The position numbers were made by a program, and so were the translations under genes. DNA of 63,622 bases, counting the filler, from Squatina squatina (Eukaryota): NCBI GenBank assembly GCA_031763465.1. It is 4 parts of 4 records of this genome, joined end to end, with 100 filler letters (N's around TTAATTAATTAA, not from the genome) between each part and the next. Parts side by side here need not be neighbours in the genome. Positions count along the whole stretch, not along the records: positions 1 to 18,032 come from JARFOE010000189.1; 3 more parts are not named here. One strand, given 5' to 3'. Shown piece after piece: positions 1 to 12,029 of the stretch (position 1 is its first letter; the number at the start of each line of letters is the position of its first letter). The notes beneath the pieces are model-generated. The model was not told the origin of the DNA. It did not search any database and saw only the letters and a program-made list of their open reading frames with translations.

Positions 1-1759
1 TAAAATAACTTGGAGGCATTTTGTGAGATCTTCTCAATGCTGCTATTTTTCATAACCTAGAAATCACGTTTCTTATTGATTCAAATACAATACATACAAT
101 GACCTTTTTTGTTTAATTAAAGATATTTGCCCATGGTACTCCCCAGTTAAGCTAAACTAGCTTTTTTTGAGTGAGCTCCAACAGTCCCCACGCAGTCCAG
201 CAGACAGGATTGGTCAATGTTGCTCAATGTAAACCCAAGGATGGAGTCTGCCGGCTTCCATTGTTTCATGCACTACATGATGCACTCTATAATTAAACTA
301 ACCCACTCATCTCTTCCCCCCCCACCCGTCAGTGCCGTCTGAAACTATTAAAACATATAAAATATGAGTCTCTCTCATTCTTCATCAATTTTACATTTTT
401 ATACTCAGCTGACTCCATTAAAAATATAACCCATTCGATATAATTAATTGAATCTTCCTCTATGTGATGGTGAGATATTGCACACACACTTTACTAAGTG
501 AATATAAAATCACAAACACTTTTGTCTTTGTTGGAGCACATTGTACACTGCATCATACATTCAACCATCGCTGGTGAAATGATGAAAGACATTTCTACCA
601 AAATACAATGTTAGTCATATCACTTCATATTAAATTGACAGAAATAAATATCAGGGAACATAAAATATTGCAAGAAGTATTGATTGTCTTGGTTGCCAAA
701 GGTTTATATTGATAACCTTGCTGGTCATATTCAATGGCTTCCCTGCAGAAAGCCAAGTAACTTGAACCTTCGTGAAGATGAAAGGTGGTGAACCATTGTG
801 AAAGTGCTGTTGGCCAATAGCTGTATTTGGGAATGGGTTAAGCCTATAACAGCAGAAACGACCTGCATAAATGTAGTGCCTTTACCATAGACAAGATGTC
901 CTGATACATTTCAGAGATGTGAGAAAATGGACACTGAACTATCAGGGGAGAGATTAGGAGGGCAACCAAAATCTTGGTTGAAGAAGTGGCGTTTAAGGAG
1001 CATCCTGAAGGAGGAAAGATCTAGGGAGGGAATTCCAGACAGCAAGACCTAGACAACTAAAGGCATGGCCACCAGTACTGGAATAAAGGGAGGGGGCATA
1101 CACNNNNNNNNNNNNNNNNNNNNNNNNNNNNNNNNNNNNNNNNNNNNNNNNNNNNNNNNNNNNNNNNNNNNNNNNNNNNNNNNNNNNNNNNNNNNNNNNN
1201 NNNTTAAACCATAATAAACAAAGCTGCTGAGTGACTGCATCGCTGGAAATCCGTTGGGAGCACCAACAGGAGCAGATTTCTGAGACAACTGAAAAATGAA
1301 AATTCGCACTTTAGTGTCTGGGACATCAAATTTCAATGGTTGCGAGCATAAAGCCAGATGGGTTTCCCACACTCTAATGGGTGCCTGATGAATCTATAAT
1401 TGCTCTGATCACATATGCATCCACAGTATGTACGCTTTTGTGTCAAATAATTGCACACATTATGGGGATGAGTGCGAGATTGCAAACTCGCTCACCTCTT
1501 GCTCAAATGCATTGCAGGNNNNNNNNNNTTTAAATCCAATTATTTTCCCCTCAAAATCCAGAATGCTATTTTAGTAAAATATAAAACTGCAAGTTAAACT
1601 CATCAAGTATTCTTGCCCTGTCATCTCCTATTCTCTATTAAGCTAATCTAAACTGTCTGTCCAATACCTCAGTTCCATAAAATTTGCTGGCAATCCCTGA
1701 TCATTCAGACGGCTCAACCAGTCCACAGCACTTGAATGGTCATTTCAGCTCAGGACATT

Positions 1760-1872
1760 TCAATAAAATACATTCCCTAGCCACCGATTCCATCCCTCTC
1801 TGTGGCCACTGTCTGAAGCTGAACCAGACCGTTCGCAATCTTGGCATTGTGTTTGACCCCGAGATGAGCTTC
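1760..1872 (+). mobile_element. L2-clade LINE reverse transcriptase fragment
   Basis: Translates ...LKLNQTVRNLGIVFDPEMSF, typical of the C-terminal part of L2 RT. A related fragment lies on the minus strand at 5394-5540 (LNIEKTEAIVFGP). Confidence 0.65.
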
Positions 1873-2129
1873 NNNNNNNNNNNNNNNNNNNNNNNNNNNN
1901 NNNNNNNNNNNNNNNNNNNNNNNNNNNNNNNNNNNNNNNNNNNNNNNNNNNNNNNNNNNNNNNNNNNNNNNNATGCACTACATTGTCGAATTGTCACACC
2001 AGAACAGTGGTCATGTGAGCCACCGGCAGAATGCCAACACCCATGAACTGTACCTTTTCTCTTCAGGGGAGCAGGGAGCCAAAGGGAAAGGCTTCTTTCT
2101 CTAAAGTCCAGTACAATCTGCTCGGAGTG

Positions 2130-2380
2130 ACAACAAAATGCTACCAAGTTGCCCAACTTCTAAATGAGACGTCTAACTCTTCCAGCAGTTCAGGTGGGTA
2201 TAAAAGATCCCACTGCACTGTTGAGAAGAACAGGGAGTTCTCCCAGTGCCCTGGGCTAATATTCCACTCCCAAACACTTACCAAAAAAGAATAGAGATGA
2301 TCTGGTTTTTCATCTTGTTTGTTGTTGGCAGTAATTTGCTATGTGAAAATTGGCTGCTGTATTTGCCCTAACTGACACTG
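2130..2380 (+). mobile_element. Decayed SacSINE1/DeuSINE-like SINE body
   Basis: Contains GGTGGGTATAAAAGATCCCACTGCACT...GGGAGTTCTCCCAGTGCCCTGGGCTAATATT, collinear with the reverse complement of the 46440-46886 copy. Confidence 0.55.
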
Positions 2381-3057
2381 ACAAGCTAACCCAAAGCCTT
2401 CCAATTCATAACATACTGCACCAATGAGGGACCCAGANNNNNNNNNNCAGATGAACTCTAAGAAAGGTCATAAAACAGAGAACAACTTATTCTTGAGCAT
2501 CAACTGAACCCTCAGCTGAATGGATTCTGTTATCCTATAGTCGGAGAAAGCATCACATCTGTGACAAGAGTCGACAGAGCACCTTTTAATTTCTGGCTTA
2601 AATCACTGAAGGAGTGAGCCATCTACTTTGTTATAGAATTACAGCAACATTTTCATTTCTAAAGCAAGACAGTTTCTGCATTGATAAATTATATTACAGT
2701 ATGTACCGTGAGGGAAGGCAAATACATGCTCGCTCACTATCTGATCAATTGTTCAGGATTTCCATGGCAACAGCCATATTGCTAAAACAGCAAGCCAATA
2801 CGAAACACACATCTACAACTATCATGTTATTTTATTCCATTATTTTTGCTATCAATATTCATTGCAGCATCTTTTTCTTAAACAAAGAAATATGAACTAT
2901 TTTAAATCCTCATTCATACATACCCTTAGGACTCTGTTAAGCATCTGTCTTTAGAAAAAATGTTTCCACAGATCCTAAAACAGAACCTTCCGGTTTTAAA
3001 CATGTTTATCTTTCAGCATTAATGTAGCCAGTGCAACATCACAACTACTCAATCCAC

Positions 3058-4122
3058 CCATCCATCGACATTGCCACCCTGAGTGAGACTCGGCGGGCAG
3101 AAGGCCAGCTCAAGCAACAAAGCGGCGGATACATCTTCTTCTGGAAAGGTAAACCAGAGGAAAAATGGCGTCGCCATGGGGTTTGGCTTCGCCATACAAA
3201 ATAAACTAGTCGGGCGTCTTAGCAAATCCCACTGTGGGNNNNNNNNNNNNNNNNNNNNNNNNNNNNNNNNNNNNNNNNNNNNNNNNNNNNNNNNNNNNNN
3301 NNNNNNNNNNNNNNNNNNNNNNNNNNNNNNNNNNNNNNNNNNNNNNNNNNNNNNNNNNNNNNNNNNNNNNNNNNNNNNNNNNNNNNNNNNNNNNNNNNNN
3401 NNNNNNNNNNNNNNNNNNNNNNNNNNNNNNNNNNNNNNNNNNNNNNNNNNNNNNNNNNNNNNNNNNNNNNNNNNNNNNNNNNNNNNNNNNNNNNNNNNNN
3501 NNNNNNNNNNNNNNNNNNNNNNNNNNNNNNNNNNNNNNNNNNNNNNNNNNNNNNNNNNNNNNNNNNNNNNNNNNNNNNNNNNNNNNNNNNNNNNNNNNNN
3601 NNNNNNNNNNNNNNNNNNNNNNNNNNNNNNNNNNNNNNNNNNNNNNNNNNNNNNNNNNNNNNNNNNNNNNNNNNNNNNNNNNNNNNNNNNNNNNNNNNNN
3701 NNNNNNNNNNNNNNNNNNNNNNNNNNNNNNNNNNNNNNNNNNNNNNNNNNNNNNNNNNNNNNNNNNNNNNNNNNNNNNNNNNNNNNNNNNNNNNNNNNNN
3801 NNNNNNNNNNNNNNNNNNNNNNNNNNNNNNNNNNNNNNNNNNNNNNNNNNNNNNNNNNNNNNNNNNNNNNNNNNNNNNNNNNNNNNNNNNNNNNNNNNNN
3901 NNNNNNNNNNNNNNNNNNNNNNNNNNNNNNNNNNNNNNNNNNNNNNNNNNNNNNNNNNNNNNNNNNNNNNNNNTCCCACCCACTCGTCCCATCAAACACC
4001 ACCTGCCCCACCTGTGGCAGAGTTTGCGGATCCAATATAGGACTATTTCGTCACCTCAGAACCCACAATACTGGAGTGGAAGCAAGTCATCCTCGACCTC
4101 GAGGGACTGCCTAAGAAGGAAG
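3058..4122 (+). mobile_element. RTE-clade (BovB-like) LINE, 5'-truncated, with 17-bp TSD and a gap in the middle
   Basis: The 5' part reads IATLSETRRAEGQLKQQSGGYIFFWKGK...HG/GFAIQNKLV (AP endonuclease, with a frameshift). The 3' part reads CPTCGRVCGSNIGLFRHLRTH (terminal C2H2-like motif), followed by a TAAGAAGGAAG tail. ACAACTACTCAATCCAC is duplicated at 3041-3057 and 4123-4139. Confidence 0.85.
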
Positions 4123-5094
4123 ACAACTACTCAATCCACGCATTTGTTACCTGTAGTGAATTATTGCACTGTTTGGACCTGTGCTGGAGATGGTTGAAAA
4201 ACTCAAGTCTACAAATTTTTCTTGCTGCCTGCAAAACATTAATAAAGGGGTTAAAAAACTCTTTATATTTTGAAATCCATTCCTTAACTGCAGAACTCAA
4301 TACCAAATAAATTGGAAAATGTTTGATATAATTTACCAGTTTTTAATATCAATCTAGCATTTTATTCAACTATCAAATTTCACAATTCCAAAATCTACTC
4401 CAAACCCACATGGTGTGTTTCATCATTAAGAAAATATTCGCTGATTAAAACAGTCAATTCCATTTAACTCAAAGCATCTGATCAATTCAACATGTTAGCA
4501 CTACAAAAAACACTTTATTTCCATTGGTTCTTTCAAATTATTGAATAATTACATTTTCTGGTGCAAAATAAAACAGCTTCAAATTATGAGTAGATTGTAG
4601 ATGGGAAATGTGATCCAACATAGAATGCATGATATATTTCATGGCCCGCCCTCACCCCCACCTCATCACATGCTAATCTTTCTGGACCACATACTTACCC
4701 TGAAAGGCAGCAGATGGCTGGCCTGTCTCCAGACCTCCGCCCATGGAGCTTTATAATTCAGCGCAGGAAGGAGCTTAAGAATGCACCGTGAAACTCTCTC
4801 TTCAGTATTTCCTTCTTTGCTGCACTTAATCCCCTACTCAGCTAATATCCTTCGCTCCCAATGGGGTAAGTGTTCCTTTGTGTGTGACAACATCATTAAG
4901 AACAAGATTACGACTTTGCTACACTCAAGTGTCCCGTATGGGGAATGGGGAGTGTAAACCTATGTCCTATCGTTCCTCATCACTTTGCATTACAGCGCCA
5001 TTAGATAATAGAGAGACTGTAAACGACGAATGACCAAAATTCAATCTCATTCTTGCAGAAGCTTCATAAACCTCACTGATTTCACACTGCAGGT

Positions 5095-5293
5095 TAGGGA
5101 TTTACACAAACTAGGGTTTTATTCCCTAGAATTTAGAAGGTTAAGCGGTGATCTGATCAAAGTTTTCAGGATATTAAGGAGAGCAGATAAGTTGGATAGA
5201 AAGAAACTATTTTGCTTGCTTGGGAGTCTGGGACTCACGGGCAGTCTAAAAATTAGAGCCAGGCCTTTCAGGAGTGAAATTAGGAAACACTTC
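5095..5293 (+). mobile_element. CR1 LINE 3' ORF2 fragment
   Basis: LHKLGFYSLEFRRLSGDLIKVFRIL...FRSEIRKHF matches the CR1 ORF2 C-terminus. Confidence 0.85.
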
Positions 5294-5968
5294 NNNNNNN
5301 NNNNNNNNNNNNNNNNNNNNNNNNNNNNNNNNNNNNNNNNNNNNNNNNNNNNNNNNNNNNNNNNNNNNNNNNNNNNNNNNNNNNNNNNNNNNNTCTCAGA
5401 GTCAAATATGACATCAAGGTTGCGAAAAGTGCTGTTCAGTCTCAGACAGTTGCCAGAGAGATCGAGTCGGTGGCAAGGGAATGGAGTTAGTGACAGGGTC
5501 CAAAGACAATGGCTTCTGTCTTCTCAATATTTAGTTGATATTTAATTTTTTTCCTCATTTCCATACGGAAATGCTGCTTGTTTTTCTGATGCAAAGTTAA
5601 TCTAATAAATAGTTTAATAATATTTTGCATTGATCTGTAATCATTATTGCTCAGAGTTTGATGAATTTCGGTAAAATTTTGTAGCTGCACTTTGCTCCTT
5701 CGATAAGGCCAGATGATGGGGCTCAGTCACGGAATGATTCTAGTATGATTCTGGCAAGTCAGTTATGAGCTCAAATCCTACTATGACAATTGAGAAAATC
5801 CAGCCACTTGAGAACCAGCACTAGAAAAAAATAATAAAAACTTCAGAATTATACCAAATGTCTTCCGACCATCAATGATATTTACTCAGATTAAACTTTA
5901 TTTTATTGAACTCTGGCTTGCGACAAAGTACAAGGAGACAGAAGGTTTCCAACAGAGAACAGACTTAC

Positions 5969-6112
5969 CAGTATAACTGAGATCCATAACCAACAGAGGT
6001 TTACAAGGTCGGCTAGGCTGGTCCTTCCAAATCACATCGACAAGGTTTTCTCTGACAGGCACAAGGGAATGCCCTGCGCTCCTCAGTGCTTTAGACAGGT
6101 TCTTCCATTGAT
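5969..6112 (-). CDS. XPNPEP1: Xaa-Pro aminopeptidase 1 internal exon (144 bp)
   Basis: tttttcag|ATCAATGG...ACTG|gtaagt. Encodes [49 protein letters not shown]. Phase 1-1, in frame with the upstream exon. Confidence 0.95.
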
Positions 6113-6506
6113 CTGAAAAATAAACACAGTACGTCCCAACACACCGGCTAATGGACACAGAAATGTAGTAAACGCCACGTTGTGATCTCTCCATTCACCA
6201 CCTTAGTTTGACCATCCCAACAGGACAGCAAACAGAGCCCCTGAAAAAACAAATACTTCTTAAAACTTTAAAGGCCAATGCTTCTTGCCANNNNNNNNNN
6301 NNNNNNNNNNNNNNNNNNNNNNNNNNNNNNNNNNNNNNNNNNNNNNNNNNNNNNNNNNNNNNNNNNNNNNNNNNNNNNNNNNNNNNNNNNTTTTTTTGAT
6401 TTTAACATGTTATACAACTTAACACACAAGGGGGAAAGAAATGAATGTATGGAAATAAGAGGTGATCCTTTTTAAAATATTAGGGCAGTATATGCATTGT
6501 ACTTAC

Positions 6507-6599
6507 CAGCTGCAATCACAAAAGGATCCACGCCAACCTTTGACCCTTCAGGGAGTACCTTTACTAGCCAATCTTCCTGGCTAAGCGTGGTCTTCAGAC
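6507..6599 (-). CDS. XPNPEP1: Xaa-Pro aminopeptidase 1 internal exon (93 bp)
   Basis: gtattgtag|GTCTGAAG...GCTG|gtaagt. Encodes [31 protein letters not shown]. Confidence 0.95.
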
Positions 6600-7342
6600 C
6601 TACAATACAAGGGGGAACAGATTCAGAAATAAATGCGTACATCAAGTGTTGACACAGATTTTCCACCTCAGAATAGTAGGCAGGCATCAAACAGTTTGAG
6701 TGTTACATTGGCCTATCAATTTAGCATAACACACAACCTGAAAGGAGGAAAACTTGCAGAAAACTGAAGGCCAGTGTCCAGTAACAGTGATATTGAAAGC
6801 TTTTCAGTGAGATTGAGGTGTGTGTACAGCCACAAACATGCTGCAATATAAATAAAATAACACTTTATCCAAGCTTCCCAGTAATGTAAGAGAATGCTTA
6901 TAAAACTGAAGCTCATCAATCTACAACAGGGTAAGGCAAGTAAAATTACTCTATTTAACAGATCATCCCCATCAAATAAGTCTGATCAGCATCAGGGGAA
7001 AGAGCAGGGGTGTGGCACTAATTGGGTAGCTCTTTCAAAGAGTCGGTACAGGCACGAATGGCTTCCTTCTGTGCTGTATAATTCTATGATTCTACTGGTT
7101 TGCACACATTCCAGAAATCATGTGCATTGTATAAATCTTCTTCCTAAGGGTCGTAAAATACCTTGGCTAATTTCTTACGTTAGTGCTGATCCTAACGATG
7201 GACAGAATACCTTAAATCTGATTTTATCCTGACCCTGCTACACTGGAATTCCTGCAACCTGTTCAGTAATACAATCAAGTATTAATAAATACACACACCT
7301 AATCTCTCAGCCGCTAAAGTGTTGCTTTAGCTATTCACTCAC

Positions 7343-7447
7343 CCAATTTCATCAGGGTCCAGTTGTCATCCATTTGCTGGGCAGCCTGAAGGAAGTAACG
7401 ACCGTCTGTCCACATTGCTGCATGTGCCTCCGTTACAATCGCAGTGC
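7343..7447 (-). CDS. XPNPEP1: Xaa-Pro aminopeptidase 1 internal exon (105 bp)
   Basis: cctgtag|GCACTGCG...TTGG|gtgagt. Encodes [36 protein letters not shown], containing the aminopeptidase P WTDGRY motif. Absent from the supplied ORF track. Confidence 0.96.
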
Positions 7448-8830
7448 CTACAGGCAAACCAAATTACAAGCTCTCAACACATTTCTTCATTGCTTACAAC
7501 TAAAACACAAAACACAGTCAGGATCGCGGTTCTCACTCGCCGGGAGCAGAAAAAAAAATCCCTCAACACAGCCAACCAATTTATTTGCATTGAAATGAAT
7601 GGACAGAAAATTGTGGAATATTCACACACCATTTCTTGATGTGCAAGCCCAACAGCTGGTAGAGTGAGGAAAGGATGAAAGTCATCACAGAATAANNNNN
7701 NNNNNNNNNNNNNNNNNNNNNNNNNNNNNNNNNNNNNNNNNNNNNNNNNNNNNNNNNNNNNNNNNNNNNNNNNNNNNNNNNNNNNNNNNNNNNNNGCGCG
7801 ATCCAGATCACAACTCGCTGCGTGAATTTTTTTTACCCACCTCCCCTCTGGTTCTTTTTGCCAATCACCTTAAACCTGTTGCCTCTGGTTACCGACCCTC
7901 CTGCCACTGGAACCATTTTATACCCTTTCAGTGCTAAAGAGTCCAAATTTCTCCCTAACTCAGTCATTTGATGCTAGGGATCAGAGTCATGAAGTGTCCT
8001 GTTACCCAAACATCAGCACAGCTCAGTTTGATGAGCACAAACTTCACAAAAGGAAAATGACAAAAGTCAGTATCATTGTTCGGAACACAGTTTGACAACA
8101 GTTACACAGCTATTAATAGTTAAGATAATACCATGAGCAGTACTGCAGAGCCTTTGGTGTGCATACATAATAAATGACATGGCTACATTGAATGTTAATG
8201 AATACTCTATAGTGCGACGTGGAGAGAGATGGTTTCTCCAGGACTGAATAGAATAGGAGCTGTCCCTAACTGCTGTTATCGAAGAAGTGGTGTAACCTTC
8301 CTCTTGCATTGGAGCAATGTGGAAATGTGATCAATTTCTGTCAACACAGAAAAAAGGTAGGAAACCACAAAACATTAACCAATAAAGTTGCAGGAATAAT
8401 TATTTCAACATCAGAAATTCAGTAACCCTGTGTGCAAAGTATTTCAATCTTAGCAAATCAAAGAATTACAGCTTTTATTTAATTATTTCAATAAATAATT
8501 GATTTTAAAACATTGTCCAAGATTACAATTATGTTCATCCTATATTATTATTTTTGAGTTGTTACCATAATTCCATCCCCCCCCACCCCTAAAAAATGAC
8601 CATGTTTTCATACCTGAAGCAGTGGAGTATGTGACTTGTAATCACAAGTTTATGGGGCTGTAATTCCCTTGCCCCATGTTCATGGNNNNNNNNNNNNNNN
8701 NNNNNNNNNNNNNNNNNNNNNNNNNNNNNNNNNNNNNNNNNNNNNNNNNNNNNNNNNNNNNNNNNNNNNNNNNNNNNNNNNNNNNCTGAGGTGAAATAAA
8801 TCAGACAGGTTACCAATTTTTGAATCTTAC

Positions 8831-9028
8831 CCCATGATTTGCTTGGAAGGTGGATGTGGCATGAGAATAGAGTCAAGTTTGGTTGCAATCAACTGGGACT
8901 GCCGCTGTCCATGGTCAATAGCCTGCCAAAGCTCACTGTCAAAGCTCACAAGTGAAGCATGATCACTTTGATGAGGTGTCAGAGAGCTGCTGGTATTCCT
9001 GGAAACAGACCTCAGCATCAGTCTGCAC
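8831..9028 (-). CDS. Candidate internal coding exon of an unidentified gene (198 bp, phase 2-2)
   Basis: Polypyrimidine tract ttttctcttccctcctgaag| and donor |gtaaga. The only open frame reads CRLMLRSVSRNTSSSLTPHQSDHASLVSFDSELWQAIDHGQRQSQLIATKLDSILMPHPPSKQIMG. Confidence 0.5.
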
Positions 9029-9481
9029 CTTCAGGAGGGAAGAGAAAATTGGAAAAAAAAACTGGCGGATAGAAAGCATGAGTCTTGCCACCATTTTTAC
9101 AACAACTCCTCTTGGGTCGTTTTGAAAATCCAACATGAATGTAAAATCTTGTACATAAAAAGATAACATTTTTAAAAACTGTTCAGAAGAAAAAAAACTA
9201 GATTTTGCACCAAACAATCTGGGTTCAGGTACTACTGCTGTTGTCACATACATGTCACCACTATAAGCTATCTTTCCCCATCACCAATCTTTTTAAGGCA
9301 CTTATTAAAGATCAACTTCTACAATGCAAAACAGGCGGCATTTAAACAAATTAAACACATTACAGTGAGGGAATGTGAAGCAACACCAATTAGTGTAAAT
9401 GGCATTGGTAAAAGAGTTTCCCAATACTTGTCATTTTGCTACTCTAATTCTGAATTCTGTTTTGCCATTTTTCAATCCATA

Positions 9482-9651
9482 TAGGTCATTTTCACCTTCA
9501 CTCCTCAGGTGGTAAACTGATGTCTGCCTATGATAGAATCTGCCCAATTTCCATTGATTTCAATGAAAATGAACATTGAGCAGGTTCTATAATGGGTGGG
9601 CAATCCCCTCAAACAGGCTACTGCCTAAGTGGTCAAGGTGAAAATTACCCT
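9482..9651. mobile_element. Palindromic MITE, probably PIF/Harbinger-related
   Basis: Terminal inverted repeats TAGGTCATTTTCACCTT / AAGGTGAAAATTACCCT, with a central palindrome CATTGATTTCAATG. Confidence 0.6.
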
Positions 9652-10317
9652 CCTATTAGTCCAATACCTGATTTTATTTCTGTTTTCAGATGTAGCCACA
9701 CACAGTACTTGCTTCCCAAATTCCCAAACTAATTATATGTCATTTGACATCTAAAATATCCCAATACAAAGATAATTACAATACAGATTATTTCCCATTG
9801 TTTTTCTGGAAAGTCACATACAAATATACAGATTAACCAATTCAAACTAGTTAATTAGATCAAATCAACTTTAAGCTCCTTATAACAAAAATTATCCTAG
9901 TCTACATTAAAATTTCATGTCGGTACATAAAATCTGTTAAACTAAGTGATTAATTTCAGATAGCACAGCATCAATTTTCAAATGCAACATTTTTTTCATG
10001 TTTACGTAACAAATATAATTAAAAGCAAAACATTAATACAAAAATGGATGAAGCTACAATGAACTCAAAGGTACTTTGGTAAATATATGTAGGAATCTGT
10101 CAGAATAACTTGTATTTATCTGGTGTTACTTCAAATTATATTGTGCTTGTGGTTGCTCCAGGATTGGTTTATTTCTTGCATGAGTGACCTCGGGAGCCGT
10201 TTTATGAATTTCACTAATAAATGTGGTATAATTAGGGTCAAAATATTGTAAGCAGTGGTTTCCTGACAAATAAATTGATTGACTGCATCTAAACTACAGG
10301 GCTCAAAAACTCACAAA

Positions 10318-10549
10318 AGCAAAAGCAAAATATTGCGGATGCTGGAATCTGAAATAAAAACAGAAAAGATTGGAAATACACAGCAAGTCAGGCAGCATTT
10401 GTCGAGAGAGAAACAGAGTTAATGTTTCAGGTTGATGACCCTCCGTCAGAACTGGCAAAAGGGTCATCGGCCTGAAACGTTAACTTTGTTTATTTCTCTA
10501 CAGATGCTGCCTGACCTGCTGAGTATTTCCAGTATTTTCTGTTTTCATT
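10318..10549. mobile_element. Palindromic non-autonomous retroelement (Penelope-like terminal repeat derived) with hammerhead-like cores
   Basis: Imperfect inverted arms of about 90 bp (10351-10442 / 10460-10552). A 15-bp direct repeat TCAAAAACTCACAAA lies at 10303-10317 and 10550-10564. CTGACGG-AGGGTCATCAACCT-GAAACATT is present on the minus strand. Confidence 0.7.
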
Positions 10550-11826
10550 TCAAAAACTCACAAAGTAGTTGATATATCAGTAATCCATTATTGGCAATAT
10601 AAATTATGTATCCATAGACAATATTCACTGGTATAGAATTTTCCTGCAAATTATTTGTGGATAAAGTTGCAGTATGTCGATTAAAAAGAGAGATTGAAAA
10701 GGCAAAGTAATATGCCAGTCAATATAAAGGGAAAGAGCTTTTACAGGCACATCAGAAGTAAAAGGATAGTTAAAGGTGTGATAGAGACAAAGAGGCCATC
10801 TTGTACTTGAAAGTAACTTGCCTCAGTTTTCACAGAGACAGGTGGAACTGGGAATGTAGGAATAACTGAAGAGGATATGGACAAAGCGCTACTGCAGATA
10901 AGTATTCAATGGGACCAAAAGTAGAACTGTCCCAGAATACTGAAGGAAGTTGGGAAGGAGCTACCACAGGCACCAAACATAATTTTCAAAAAGTCTTTGG
11001 AAACAGGAATTGTCCAAAGGACATGTTGCACCTCTGTTCAAGAAAGGGCAAAGTGAAAAGCCAGGAAATTAGAAGCCAGTTAGTCTTAATTTAGTTGTAG
11101 ATAAAGTTCTAGAGTTCCTAATACAAATGAAATTAGTGAACATGTGCAGAAGCATGGTGTGATCATATAAAGGGCATGTTATGCTTGATTAATATAATTT
11201 TTTGAAGAAATCATGGAGTAAACAGATAAAGAGAATGCAGGTACACACAAGGTTTATAATCATTCTCATACACTTGCACGAGTCACACTGCATATGCATT
11301 TTACACAGTTCAAGGCTCATATTGAATCTTCATTGTGCTGAATATATATTCTACCAGTATGCTTTTAGAACTAAATATCTGTTCAATTTCTCTCTATAGT
11401 ATGATGTGGCCAACTTTCCATCTGTTTATATAACACACAGATTAGAATATAGTCTTCAATCTTATTCAATCATGTGTTGTTATATGACATACTGTATATT
11501 TACCAAAAACACATTCCTTGAGTTCATTATTTTATGACATCTTAGATCTCTGATGTCTTAAAATTACACTCTTTGAATATTAGTGCACAAATGCTTCCTG
11601 TGTTGCTCTGATGTTTCTTTGTCCGTTGCATTAATGGAGGCATTAACTGGTGTCTTTAAAATAGCAGGCAAATGAATTTCTTAAGAACTTTAAATATTCA
11701 CACACTAATATTTAAAGGTCCTAATTTCAGGGCAATACACATTGATTCATCGGAAAATAAAGTGCAAGTCTAAGAATGGACCATTTGGTGCAATCTAAGG
11801 AAATCAACAGAAGCAAAACTCCTGGG

Positions 11827-11832
11827 TTTATT
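11827..11832 (-). promoter_or_regulatory. Candidate polyadenylation signal of the CSRP gene
   Basis: AATAAA on the minus strand, about 95 nt downstream of the TAG at 11926-11928. Confidence 0.4.
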
Positions 11833-11925
11833 TAAATGCATTGCATGATTTTTTTTGTCATGAAGGCAGCATTCTGCACCAGATGGAGGTGCTGAAGCAA
11901 ATGGATGACATCATTTGCAATGCAA

Positions 11926-12029
11926 CTATTCAAATACACTGTACAAGACAAGCTGCACCATCAGCGTCAGTATCCAGAAAACAAATTGTTCGACATTCAG
12001 AAAAAGGCCTGGAGCGACATCATTAGGAC
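11926..12029 (-). CDS. cusr: Probable terminal exon of the Cu-only SOD repeat protein (GPI-signal-like hydrophobic tail)
   Basis: ttttaacag|GTCCTAAT... encodes GPNDVAPGLFLNVEQFVFWILTLMVQLVLYSVFE*. Phase 1 matches the 13365-13448 exon on the same contig. Assignment to CSRP is by position, strand and the expected GPI tail. Confidence 0.7.

Noticed and set aside
3049-4114. Long ORFs of 250-340 aa here and at 43316-43973 and 58156-59128
   Set aside because: They consist mostly of translated N runs.
4691-4710. U1 snRNA gene (ATACTTACC start)
   Set aside because: Similarity ends after 9 nt. It is simply the complement of a splice donor.
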